Origin: an uncultured Phycisphaerales bacterium
Lineage (GTDB): Bacteria > Planctomycetota > Phycisphaerae > Tepidisphaerales > Tepidisphaeraceae
Assembly (NCBI GenBank): GCA_963844715.1
Contig: CAWJPJ010000005.1
Coordinates: 128,001-192,000, forward strand
DNA length: 64,000 bases
Reading direction: 5' to 3'
Shown here: in pieces, positions 41,090 to 51,688 of the stretch
Numbering within the stretch: position 1 is the first letter of the stretch
Layout of the letters: the number at the start of each line of letters is the position of its first letter
Notes under the pieces: model-generated
Told to the model about the DNA's origin: nothing
Database searches by the model: none
Seen by the model: only the letters and a program-made list of their open reading frames with translations
Position numbers and translations under genes: made by a program

Positions 41090-43384
41090 TAAAGCCGTGG
41101 CGGTGAATTGCTGCGTGGCGTTGGCAAGCATACTGACGGTTGCTGGGGCGACGCTTACGCGAGTCAAGGTCTGGTTGACCGTGACATTGACGCTGCTGGT
41201 GCTCGAGAGCGATCCGTTGCTGATGGTCGCGGTGAACGTGTAATCCCCGGCCATGTTGAACGTGACGACCGACACCGCCGACAGGAGGGTCCCGTTGGCG
41301 CTGAAAAGTCGGGTCCGACCCGGCTGGTGAACTCGTGGCGGACCAGGTGTAAGTAAGATCAAGCCCGGCGTCGGCGTCGGTCCCGAGAACGCTCAAGGTC
41401 GTTGTGGTTCCTGTCACGGGATTGGGAGTCGCGGATGCCGCAACCAGCACGGTGGGAGGGGGGGCGTTGACCGTAACCGTAGCGGTTCCGATGTCGATGG
41501 TGTTGGCCGTGGCGAGCACCGTGGCCGAGCCGGAGGTTGCGGATGCGGTGTACAAGCCGGTCGAACTGATGCTCCCGGCGCTGAGGGGCGCCAGGGACCA
41601 GGTGAACGAGGGCTGGGTCGCCATCGCATTGCCGAACTGGTCGAGGGCCGTGGCGGTGAACTGTTGAGTCGCATCGGGGAGCAGATCGACGCTCGCGGGA
41701 GCGACGCTGACGCTGGTTAGGGTCTGATTTACCGTGACATTCACGCTGCTGGTGGTGGAGCGGGTCCCGTTGCTGATGGTCACGGTGAGGGTGTACTCGC
41801 CGGCCATGTTGAAGGTGACGATGGAGGCATCTGAGAGAAGGGTGCCGTTGGAACTGAAAGTGGGGTCAGACCCGGCCGGTGAACTCGTGGCGGACCACGT
41901 GTAAGTGAGATCCAGCCCGGCGTCGTCATCGGTCCCCAGGACGCTGAGCGCGGTGGTGGTTCCCGTTACGGGATTGGGGATGGCGCTGGCGGCTAGAACG
42001 ACCGTTGGAGTCGCGTTGGCGACGGTCACATTTGCCGTGCCGCTTACGGCCCCGCTGGTCGCCCGCACTACGGCGGTTCCTGTGGTGGTTCCGGCGGAAT
42101 AAAGACCGAGAGCGTCAACTGATCCTACTCCGCCGGAATCCACAGACCAGGTAAAGATTGGGGGAATCGTCAAGGCATTTCCGAATTGATCGTCGCCAGT
42201 CGCGGTGAAAAGCTGAGTTCCATCGCGATTCAACGAGGCGCTACTGGGCGAAACCGCGATGCTCGTGAGCGTCGAGTCCACGGTCACGGTGACGGCGCTG
42301 GTGGCAAAGAGGATTCCATCGGTACACGTGACCGTGAAGATGTATTCCCCGGCCTCGTTGAACGTGACCGTGGTGTTCTTGGCCGGGTTGCTGCCGTTGA
42401 TGCTGAAAACTGGCGTCGCGCCCAGCGGAGTCAGCGTTGCCGACCAGGTATAGGTAACGCGGGATTCGCCCTGCGTATCGGCAGCGAGCACGCTTAAATC
42501 AGTCGTCTTCCCGGTGACCGGAGAAGGATTGGCCGCGGCCGCGGTCTTGATCGTGACGAGGCCCAAATCCGCGGGGTAACTGGCCAGCAGGCTGGTGTCG
42601 AGGGGAAGCGGCTCGTTACCCGCGCCGGCTGATTCGGCGTCGAGCGTCCAGCCGCCATCCTTGCCGATGACATTGGTCGATCCGAATACGCCTGCGTTAG
42701 TCAGCGTGTGAATCTCGCCGAGCAGTTCCTCGCCCAAGGGACCGGAAGCGGTATTGCATGCGAATAATTCGATCGCGCCGCCGGGGGCGATTTCCGCGCC
42801 GAGCGCTTTCCAGTCAGCCGCCGTCGCGTTGAGCGTCTGGTTCGAAATGATGTTATCGCCCAACTCAAATTCGCCGGATGCGCCGTGGGTGAGAATGACG
42901 ACGGACTGAAAGTTCCCGCCCAGATTCTTGGCGATGCTGATCGTCCGTTGCAGAATGCTCGCCGCGGAATCCGTCGCCGGATTGAAGTAAATCTTCACCG
43001 CATTGGGCAGGCTTTGAGCCAAAAGCTGTTGATCCGGCAGAGCGACGTCGATGAGCGCCAGAACCGGCAGTTCTTGTTTGCTGGCGACGGGGTTTGCTGC
43101 GCCTGCAAGCGTGGCGCTGAGAAGTAGTCGCCGTTCCAACCGCTCCAGACCTGGCCGCCGGGCGATGTGATTTTCGGCCGATCGGGCGGATTTGGCGACA
43201 CTTTGAGGAGTCGCCGAGATTGGCAAAGCTCCAGTGTGCACTCCATTACAATCGGAAGATTCCGTGGGTGAATTATTTGACTAGTAAGTGGGTCAAATTG
43301 TCGGGTCTCGATCAACAACGTAAGTGGTTTTCGGGGGCCTGCACCGGCTTTTTCCGCTTTCTGGCAGCGCGGCAGGTCGCCTAG

Positions 43385-44269
43385 GGCCTGTCTGATGAAT
43401 CGCTTTTGGTTATAAATAGCGGTTTTCAGACGAGGTGTCACGGATGCGACGTTATGAGCTCACGGATGAGCAGTACGAGTTGATCGGCGATCTGCTGCCC
43501 GGCAACGGCAAGCGCGGCGGGCAGTGGAACGACCACCGCACCACGCTCAACGGCATGTTCTGGATTCTGCACTCGGGCGCTCAATGGCGCGAGATGCCCG
43601 AACGTTACGGCAGATGGCAAAGCGTCTACGACCGCTTCAACCGCTGGAGAAAGGACGGAACGATTGATCGAATCCTCCAGCGGCTGCAGATGAGGTTGGA
43701 CAAGCAAGGACGAATCGACTGGGACCTGTGGTGCATCGACGGCACCAATGTGCGAGCCAGTCGATCCGCCGCCGGAGCCAGAAAATCAAAACCGCCCCGG
43801 AAGAACCGGCGGATCACGCGTTGGGCCGCAGCCGAGGCGGGTGGGGCAGCAAGCTCCACCTGGTTACTGACGGCCAGGGAGTTCCGCTCGCCGTCGAGGC
43901 CAGCGCCGGCCAATGCCACGAGAGCCGGTACGTGGAGCCGGTGATGAACGCGATGCGCATCGGTCGCCGCCGTCGTCGCCCCAGGAGGCTGGCGGGCGAC
44001 AAGGGATACAGTTACGGAAATGTGCGGCGATGGCTGCGTCGCCACCGAATCCAAGCGGTGATCCCGGCGAAATCGAATCAGCCGCCGCAGGAGAACTTTG
44101 ATCGCAAGGCGTATCGCCGACGGAACGTGGTGGAGCGTTGCGTGAATTGGATGAAGGAGAATCGCCGCCTGGGCACGCGTTACGAGAAACTGGCGGTGAA
44201 CTTTCAGGCCATGGCCAAGCTCGCCATGATCCGTCGCTATTTCAGGATTTTGGATTCATCAGACAGGCC
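43385..44269 (+). mobile_element. IS5-family element (IS427-like, two ORFs)
   Basis: TIRs GGCCTGTCTGATGAATC / GATTCATCAGACAGGCC flanked by CTAG on both sides. Confidence 0.93.
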
Positions 44270-44273
44270 CTAG
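43444..44273 (+). CDS. IS5 transposase (orfA/orfB, -1 shift near 43780-43790)
   Basis: LTDEQY...SGAQWREMPERYG...IDGTNVRA; LGRSRGGWGSKLH...GDKGY...RRNVVER. Confidence 0.88.
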
Positions 44274-44690
44274 ATACCCTCCTTGTGAAAAGTCGCACAA
44301 TGTCCCCAGCTTCCAGCACGCGTTCCCTTTCTATGATGGCATTCATGCACGGCGGGACATACAACATTCGCGGGCGCGGCGCGATGGTGAATTATTGTTT
44401 TGTGTCCGCCTATGCCGACGGGGCGGTGCGTGAAGGAGCCGGGAAGTTTGAGTCAGCGCGCGGAACATGCCGCGTTGCACGAACGGAAGGAATGCCGGCC
44501 CTCGCTGGATCGGATGCCGCCATCTCTGCGGTCGGTCGTGGGGCGATGGCGAGCCGGCGAGTCGTCGTGGCGACTGTTGGAACTGATATCCGAGTACCGG
44601 TGCGGAATGGGGGGTGGGGTGTGAGGACGAATGACGCATAGGACCTGGGGACGCTGGACGGAGACTCGAATCGGCGGATGCCAGATCTTT

Positions 44691-45263
44691 TCACGTTGTC
44701 CCGCCAAGCGCGGCGTCGACGAACGCACCCTTGGCCGCAGTGTAGGCTTCGCGATCGTCGGGAGGCTGCTTGGCCAGGGTTTGTTTGAGGAATTCGTAAC
44801 GCTGCGCCAAAGCGTGGTCGCCGCGCAGGGCGTCGCGAAATGCGAGGCTTCGCCGCCAATTTACATCTCCGAAAATCACGAGATGAAGATGGTGGGTTCG
44901 TTGGCCGTCCTTATGGAGCATAAGCCAGCGGCGATCTTTTAGAGTGGCGTTGAATTCCTTTGATGTGTCGTAGCCGGCCTCGCAAAGGGGATCCAATAGT
45001 TCGTCGGCGACGCGCATTGATTCGACGCCGGCCAGAATGTCGATCACCGGCTTGGCGGCCAGGCCGGGCACCGCGGTGCTTCCGAAGTGTTCGATGCCGA
45101 GGAATGATTCCGGCAAAAGTTGAAGAAGTCGGGCGCGTTCGACTGCAAACCGGGCAGGCCATTGCGGATCGTAAGGCTGTATTTCAACGCGCGTGATGGA
45201 TGGCGGCGAGAAGCGAAGGATCGGGTGCTGGGTCCACCGGCTCGATTTTGCCACATACGGCAT
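44691..45263 (-). CDS. GrpB/UPF0157 nucleotidyltransferase-like protein (start uncertain)
   Basis: PYDPQWP, EHFGSTAVPGLAAKPVIDI, FRDALR, YTAAK. Confidence 0.88.
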   Translation of the reverse strand: MPYVAKSSRWTQHPILRFSPPSITRVEIQPYDPQWPARFAVERARLLQLLPESFLGIEHFGSTAVPGLAAKPVIDILAGVESMRVADELLDPLCEAGYDTSKEFNATLKDRRWLMLHKDGQRTHHLHLVIFGDVNWRRSLAFRDALRGDHALAQRYEFLKQTLAKQPPDDREAYTAAKGAFVDAALGGTT

Positions 45264-45323
45264 GATCTGTCATGCGATCTGCTTTTCTCCGATGCCGCAC
45301 CGAATGGGTGTAAAGGGGGGCTA

Positions 45324-45362
45324 AAGGGGACGTACCTCTTTAAAAAAGAGGTACGTCCCCTT
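45324..45362. repeat. Perfect 18-bp inverted repeat
   Basis: AAGGGGACGTACCTCTTT-AAA-AAAGAGGTACGTCCCCTT. Confidence 0.85.
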
Positions 45363-45424
45363 AAATCGGGAAAATTGCGAACACGGCCCACGCATCGAAC
45401 TATCTTCGGCTTGTTGTAATGAAG

Positions 45425-46530
45425 TCAAAGGATACTGTTTGCACCGATGGTCTGCAGCAATCGGTCGGCGACGATTTGGTCCTCGCCGTGCTGGAGCAGA
45501 TTGGCGCGGATGGTGATTTTGCCGCCACGGCCGGAAAGCAGGATCGAAGGATCGGAGCTGAGCAGCGTGGCGGCGATTTGCTCGGTCTTCAGGGATACGA
45601 TTGTCGGATCCAATTCGATCTGCAGCGTGGGGCCGTGGGTCATGGAGATATACGCGCCGGGAGGTCTTTGAGCCGGTCGGCGATTGACGCCAGGAGTTTT
45701 CGTTCGCGGGAAACGGCGATGTGTTCGTCGGTTTCCGCGAAGAGTTTCAGGGCGGTAAAGATGCCGGCGAATTCTTCCTTGCCGACTTTCATTCCGCGGC
45801 CGATCCGCAGGTTGGGAGAGGCGTGGAATTTGCAGGCTTCGACAATCCACGATTTGCCGAGCACCAGGCCGGTCGATTGCGGGCCATGGATTGCTTTTCC
45901 GCCGCTGGCGACGAAGGCATCCGCGCCCAGGTCGCGGGTAAAATGCCAGAGGTTTTTCCTTGGAGGCAGCGCGCATGCGCCGTCAATGATGACCGGGATC
46001 CCGCGCTGGTGGGCGCCGGCGATCACGGCCGCGGCGTCGGACTGGCCTTCCGATTCGAATTCAACCAGGACGATGGCGGCGGTCTGGTCGGTGACGGCGG
46101 CGAATATTTCGTCGGGCCGGCCGGGGCGATCGGCGGGGCCGACGAAAACGATTCGTCCGCCGGCGGCGCGGACAACGGGATCGGCCTCCGTGCCGCGTGC
46201 GCAACGGCGCATAATAAACTCATTGCGCAGACCGCTGGAGTCCGGGAGTCTTTCGGCCTTCTCCGCATCAACGCCCGAGATGGCGGCGGCGGCGCACAGC
46301 AGCAAGCCCGAGGCGGCGCCGCAGGAGACGAAGGCGGCTTCGTTGTGAGTCAGCGCGGCGATGGCGCGTCCGACCTGGTCCTGAAGATCGAAGAGATTGA
46401 CGAATTGCCGGGATGCTTCGGCCATCGCCGCCAGCACGGCGTCCGGCATGATCGTCCCGCCATAACGGGTGTACATCGCACGGCCGGCGTTGATGAAAGG
46501 GCGGACGCCGACGTCGTCGTAGAAGCTCAT
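45425..46530 (-). CDS. SelA-like/DgaE-like PLP-dependent enzyme; indel at ~45655
   Basis: GVRPFINA...YGG, SGGKAIHGPQSTG (PLP Lys), IGRGMKVGKEE. Confidence 0.82.
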
Positions 46531-46577
46531 GAGGGGGGATGTTATCCGATCGAAGAAGGGACCGTGGTGCGGGCTTT

Positions 46578-46702
46578 TCGCTATTCAATCCTGATCGTAA
46601 TCGTAATCGTGCGCATCGAAACGCCCGGACGTGAAATGCGAAAGCAAAAACACGATCGGGATTAAGATTAAGATTATGATTAAGAAGAGGAGTAGGAGAA
46701 GG
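46578..46702. repeat. Hexamer-repeat palindromic element A
   Basis: (AATCGT)n left arm, ~40-bp spacer ending GCAAAAA, (GATTAA/GATTAT)n right arm, AAGAGGAGTAGGAGAAGG tail. Confidence 0.8.
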
Positions 46703-46852
46703 TTCGAGAGCCGCGCGAGGCTTTCGAATGCGCAATTTTTGCGGTTGTAAAAATCCCATCTACATCGAAAATAAACACAATCCCGCGTACTTCTTAATGT
46801 AAAAGCATCAAGATGTGGGGGTTGTTTCGTCGGTCTTATAGGTTTTGCACGG

Positions 46853-48084
46853 ATGCATAGATCTTCGACCGAACTTATCGCGGCGGCGGTCAATGCCAGG
46901 CCCATCACGACCGGGCGAGGCATTCTCGACCGGCTTTTCAACCTTTCGTTCGGGGGATTCGTTTACAACCAGATCTGGGAAGATCCAGATGTCGATGCGG
47001 AGGCGCTGCGGCTGGACGCCAATTCTCGCCTGGTGACGATCTCCTCGGGCGGCTGCAATGTGCTGAACTATCTTGTCCACGACGTGGCCTCGATTGACGC
47101 GGTCGATCTGAATTCGAACCATTTACACCTGCTCAAACTCAAGCTCTGTGGCCTGAACAGCTTCTCCTGCCACGAAGACTTTTTCGCGTTCTTCGGAAAC
47201 GCCAGGGAGTCTGAGAACATTCGGCGTATGAAGTGTTTCTTCGCCCCAATCTGGATCACGCGGCCCGCCGGCATTGGGAAGGCGGCAAAGCGCGCAAGGG
47301 GCTGAAAAGAGAGCGCTACCGCTACTTCGAACAGGGGCTTTGGAAACATTCGTCGCTGGGCCGATTCCTTGGCTTCATGCGCGGGCTCGCTCGCGGCAAG
47401 GGGATGCGGCCGGCGCGTCTGCTGGAATGCACCACGGCGGCGCAGCAGGAAATTGTTTTCGCTGAGGAGATTGCGCCGTTCTTCAAAATGCGCACGGTGA
47501 GGGAGCTGGTGAAGCTGCCGTTTTTTCTTCATGGGCTGGGCGTTCCGCCGCGACAGTACGAGACTTTCAAGAACGAAGCGGCCGCCGGCGGGGTTCTCGA
47601 AGAATATTTCCGGCGCATCTGGCGGCTGGCGTGTCAGTTCCCGATCCAGGACAATTACTTCGCATGGCAAGCCTTTGGGGGGCGTTACGATACGACCAAT
47701 CGGCGGGCGATTCCGAGCTATCTCAAGGCGGAGAACTTCCCCGCACTCAAGGCCAGAGCGGGGCGCGTGAAGACGCATCTGACGTCGATGACCGGATTCC
47801 TGGCGACGCTGCCGTCGGGGTCGATGAACCGTTTCATCCTGCTCGACTCGCAGGATTGGATGACCCCCGAGCAGATCGGCGCCCTTTGGTCGCAGATCTG
47901 GCGCGTTGGGCAGCCTGGGACGCGGATCATTTTGCGCTCGGGGACGTCGGTGTCGCCGGTCCACGGGGCTTTGGCGCCGGAGTTGAAGGATAAATTTGCC
48001 TATCAGGAAAAGCTCTCTGGCGATCTTTTCCAGCGCGACCGCTCGGCCATTTATGGCGGATTCCACCTGTATGTCATGAATTAG
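46853..48084 (+). CDS. btaA: SAM:diacylglycerol 3-amino-3-carboxypropyltransferase (DUF3419); indel at ~47228
   Basis: FVYNQIWEDPDVD, ISSGGCNVLNY, AVDLN, NYFAWQAF, LLDSQDWM, DRSAIYGGFH. Confidence 0.9.
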
Positions 48085-48100
48085 TCGCAGGGGCCCTGAG

Positions 48101-48797
48101 ATGACGCGATCTGTCACATCCGCGCAAATGCCGCCGCCGCAGGCGCAGTTGATGGACCGAATGTATCGCGTGCAACGCTACTTCTATGATATCACGCGTA
48201 AATACTATCTATTGGGGAGGGATCGGCTGATCGCGCGGATGGGGGTTTCGCCGTCGGACAAGGTTCTGGAAATCGGGTGCGGGACGGCGCGGAATCTGGT
48301 TGCGCTGGCGCGAAAACACCCGGGGGCGCAATTCTTCGGCGTGGACGCGGCCAATGTGATGATCGAGACGGCTTGCAAAAAAGTGGCGGGCAACGGACTG
48401 GACGGAAGAATCCATCTCCGCCAGGGGTTGGCGGAGGGACTTGACGCCGGCGGGTGGTTTGGTGTGCCCGCTTTCGATCGGATATTCTTTTCTTACTCGC
48501 TCTCGATGATCCCGACGTGGCAGGCGGCGCTGGAGGCGGCGCTCGGGAATCTCAAACCCGAGGGGGAACTGTGGATCGTCGATTTTTGGGATTTGGGAGG
48601 GTATCCCAGAGTGGCGGGGAAAGTCCTCGCGGCGTGGCTGGAGCTTTTCCACGTTCGGCATCGGCCGGAGCTTTTGGTTCATCTTAATGAGCTGCAATCG
48701 TCGGGGAGGGGGGAGCTGAGTTTGGAGCCGATCGGGCGACGGTATGCATACCTACGCGCGGTTCGTCAAAAGCGCGCAATTCGCTTCTCAATCTTAA
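48101..48797 (+). CDS. btaB: Betaine-lipid N-methyltransferase (3' end uncertain)
   Basis: MDRMYRVQRYFYDITRKYYLLGRD, VLEIGCGTARNL, FSYSLSMIP, IVDF; follows btaA. Confidence 0.88.
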
Positions 48798-49840
48798 TCG
48801 TAATCATAATCATAATCTTAATCTTAATCCTTCACTCCGACTGCGCGGAGCTGAAAGACGAAGGCAAAAATATGATTACGATTAAGATTATGATTAAGAG
48901 CCTCTAACAAAAATGCACTTCCCCATGTTTATGGTTGATCGGACAATACGGCTTGGTCTTAGCCATGGAGGGCTTTATGACCAAGCCGTTGGTGACCGAC
49001 GAGCTTTGGGAGTTGATCCGACCCCTGCTTCCCAAGCACCGCAGTGGTCCAGGAAAGCGCGGCCGGCCGCCGCTGGACGATCGCGCGGCGTTGTCGGGTA
49101 TTCTGTTCGTGCTCAAAACCGGCATTCCGTGGGAATACCTTCCCCAGGAGATGGGATGCGGCAGCGGCATGAGTTGCTGGCGTCGACTGCGCGATTGGAA
49201 CCATCGTGGGGTTTGGACGAAGCTGCACGGACTATTGCTGAATCGATTGCGGCGGTCGAATGCCATCGACTGGTCGCGGGCCTTGGTGGATTCTGCTTCC
49301 GTGCGGGCCGTGCACGGGGGAAAAAAACGGGTCCGAGCCCGGTAGATCGCAGGAAAAACGGTTCCAAGCACCATGTATTGACCGATGGCAACGGCACGCC
49401 GATGGTTGCCCTCCTGACGGCGGCCAACCGCCACGACATCACGCAACTGCTGCCGCTGATCGATGCGATTCCAAAGGTCTCGGGCAAACCGGGCCGGCCG
49501 CGCTGGCGGTTCGAGGTGGTGCAGGGAGACCGGGCGTATCACTCCGAACCGCACCGAAAGGCGTTGCGTCAGCGTGGCAGCCGCCCGTTGCTGGCCCGAC
49601 GCAACCGCCCGCACGGAAGTGGTCTTGGCAAAACCCGCTGGCCGGTGGAGCGTACGCTGAGTTGGTTGCATCAGAATCGCCGACTGCGAGTCCGTTACGA
49701 AAAACGGCCCGACATCCACGCCGCGTTCATGACCGTGGGTGAGGCAATGATCTGTTGGAACAGGCTTCATTCGCATTTTTGTTAGAGGCTCTAAGATTAT
49801 GAAGAGGAGTAAGAGCAGGAGTAAGAGTAAGAGAAGGATC
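48780..49840. repeat. Hexamer-repeat palindromic element B, split by IS copy 2
   Basis: (AATCTT/AATCGT/AATCAT)n, spacer ending GCAAAAA, (GATTAN)n [IS] GATTATGAAGAGGAGTAAGAG... tail. Confidence 0.8.
48898..49791 (+). mobile_element. IS5-family element, copy 2 (appears identical to 25800-26693)
   Basis: Same TIRs, TAA duplications (48895-97, 49792-94), identical translations in all listed frames. Confidence 0.95.
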
Positions 49841-49845
49841 GCGGC

Positions 49846-50436
49846 ATGAATAAGACGAATCCCAAGGTCGATGGGTTTTTACGAAAAGAAAAAAAGTGGC
49901 CGAAGGAAATGAGGGAACTGAGACGGATCGTCCTTGACTGCGGACTGGTCGAAGATGTGAAGTGGCGGCAGCCTTGTTACACCTTCGACGGGAAAAACAT
50001 CATCATCATTCATGGCTTCAAGGAATACTACGCGTTTTTGTTCTTCAAAGGCGCGCTGCTAAAGGATGCTCATCATATTCTGGTCAGGATCGGCCAGAAT
50101 ACGCAGGCCGGGCGGCAAATTCGGTTTACGAATGTTGAACAAATAATCGAGATGGAGCCGATCTTGAAGGCTTATATCGGCCAAGCCATCGAAGCGGAAA
50201 AAGCGGGGCTGAAAGTGCCGCTCAAGCGGACTTCAGATTACGCAATTCCCGAAGAGTTCCGAAGTAAGCTGAATAAAACCCCGGGCCTGAAGACTGCGTT
50301 CAAGGCCCTGACGCCCGGGCGGCAAAGGGCCTACATCCTGTATTTTTCCTCGGCCAAACAATCCAAAACCCGGGTAGCAAGGATCGAAAAATGCCTGCCG
50401 CGAATTCTCAGGGGGAAGGGATTGGATGATGAGTGA
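49846..50436 (+). CDS. YdeI/OmpD-associated family protein (DUF1801)
   Basis: KWRQPCYT, FKEY..FLFFKGALLKD, ALTPGRQRAY, AKQSKTR, GKGLDD. Confidence 0.9.
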   Translation: MNKTNPKVDGFLRKEKKWPKEMRELRRIVLDCGLVEDVKWRQPCYTFDGKNIIIIHGFKEYYAFLFFKGALLKDAHHILVRIGQNTQAGRQIRFTNVEQIIEMEPILKAYIGQAIEAEKAGLKVPLKRTSDYAIPEEFRSKLNKTPGLKTAFKALTPGRQRAYILYFSSAKQSKTRVARIEKCLPRILRGKGLDDE

Positions 50437-50457
50437 AGCCGCCGGGGAGGCGATTTG

Positions 50458-50472
50458 ATGGATGTCACCTTT
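50458..50472 (+). repeat. ATGGATGTCACCTT motif, copy 1
   Basis: Exact 14-mer recurs five times; here 21 bp after the YdeI stop. Confidence 0.85.
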
Positions 50473-50536
50473 GATTTGTCTCGCCTTTGATTTGTCAGCT
50501 CTGAAAACTTGTCGCGCTTCACGGACTTGATTCCGG

Positions 50537-51278
50537 TCAGGCGTTCGTTCCGCCATCTACTGTGAGGTTCGCGCCGGTGATATATCCTGCCTCGGGCCCG
50601 GCGACGAACGCGACCAGGGCGGCAACCTCGTCGACGTGCCCATAGCGGCCGAGCGAGGCATTGGCCTTCTGCCCGACGGACCAGTCGCCGGAAGCGGGGT
50701 TCAAATCGGTGTCGATGGGGCCCGGCTGGACCGTGTTGACGGTCACGCCACGCGCCCCCAGTTCGCGCCAAACCCTGGGCAAACATCTTGACCGCCCCTT
50801 TGGTTGCCGAATAGGGCGCCATGTCCGACATCATGACTCGCTCGCCGAGGCACGAGCCGATCATAATGATCCGGCCGCCCGGCTTGAGAAACTTGAGCGC
50901 GGTTTTTGTCGCGACAAAGGTCCCGCGGACGTTGATGGCAAAGAGGCGGTCGAAATCGGCGAGCGTGGTTTCCTCGACCTTGGCGGGAATCGCGGTGCCG
51001 GCGTTGTTCACGAGAACGTCGAGGCGCCCGAATGTGGCGGCTGTTTTCTCCACCGCGCTCTTGACCGCTTCCGCATCGGCAGCGTGGGCCTTAATCGCCA
51101 GCGCCTTTCTGCCGGCGAGTTCGATCGACTTAACAACCGCCATGGCGGCATCCGCGCTGTTCGTATAGGTGATGCACACGCCCGCGCCATCGGCGGCAAG
51201 CCGTTTTGCGATCGCGGCGCCGATGCCACGCGAGCCACCTGTGACCAGTGCGACTTTGTCCTTCAATGGCTGAGCCAT
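50537..51278 (-). CDS. SDR oxidoreductase; indel at ~50775
   Basis: TGGSRGIG, NNAG, YSATK; VNTVQPGPIDT and ITGANLTVDGG in the shifted frame. Confidence 0.9.
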
Positions 51279-51688
51279 GATCCCGCGCCTTTCTTTGAAT
51301 ATGCTTTGGTCCGGGGGGTGCTAGGACGCCGGCCGCGGCTTATCAATAAAATTATTCTCAGCGCGCCAACGAGCGCGCACCTTCGAATGAGCCTGACCGT
51401 GAGATAACTCAACGATATCAGGCAGATCGTCAGCATCAATATTTGAATCCATCGTGCGGCCGTGACGGAAATGCCCACGCCGGTGAATAGTGCGACGTAA
51501 GCCGCGACGCACAGCGGGCACTTGGGCATCAACACAAGCAGCGTGGTCGGGAACAGCCACTGGATTCCTCGCCAGGCGCGACGAAAAAGACCCGGCGGGC
51601 ATTTGCCATCGCATGGATTTGGGCGATCCGGTTTTGCCGCCAGCGACTCTGATGCGGATTCGTGATCGCAAAATGGGCAGTTGCTCAT
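51263..51688 (-). CDS. Small membrane protein with PKCPxC motif
   Basis: LMPKCPLCVAAY plus TM segments; ATGA-coupled to the DUF899 gene. Confidence 0.65.
   Translation of the reverse strand: MSNCPFCDHESASESLAAKPDRPNPCDGKCPPGLFRRAWRGIQWLFPTTLLVLMPKCPLCVAAYVALFTGVGISVTAARWIQILMLTICLISLSYLTVRLIRRCALVGALRIILLISRGRRPSTPRTKAYSKKGAGSWLSH

Larger units (their letters stand above)
35702..43241 (-). pseudogene. Giant surface protein (LEPRxLL-type motif, DUF4347, ~9 PKD/Big-2-like repeats, Pro-rich linker, C-terminal TM), interrupted by an IS
   Basis: LERLERRLLLS; ILTHGASG...LFACN; ~550-bp repeats; LPEWHWFDPVPIL; removing 39713-41089 plus one TA restores TAL-DQFGN; further indels at ~41305, ~38000, ~36270. 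Confidence 0.88.

Noticed and set aside
36230..42550. Regular ~550-bp repeats as CRISPR or diversity-generating template
   Set aside because: They are in-frame Ig/PKD protein repeats with synonymous divergence; no cas or reverse transcriptase gene in the window.
45425..46530. True selenocysteine synthase selA
   Set aside because: Shorter DgaE-like form; no selB, selD or tRNA-Sec in the window.
25800..49791. Composite transposon inserted as one unit
   Set aside because: Each IS has its own TAA on both sides and copy 2 splits a contiguous repeat element, which indicates independent insertions.
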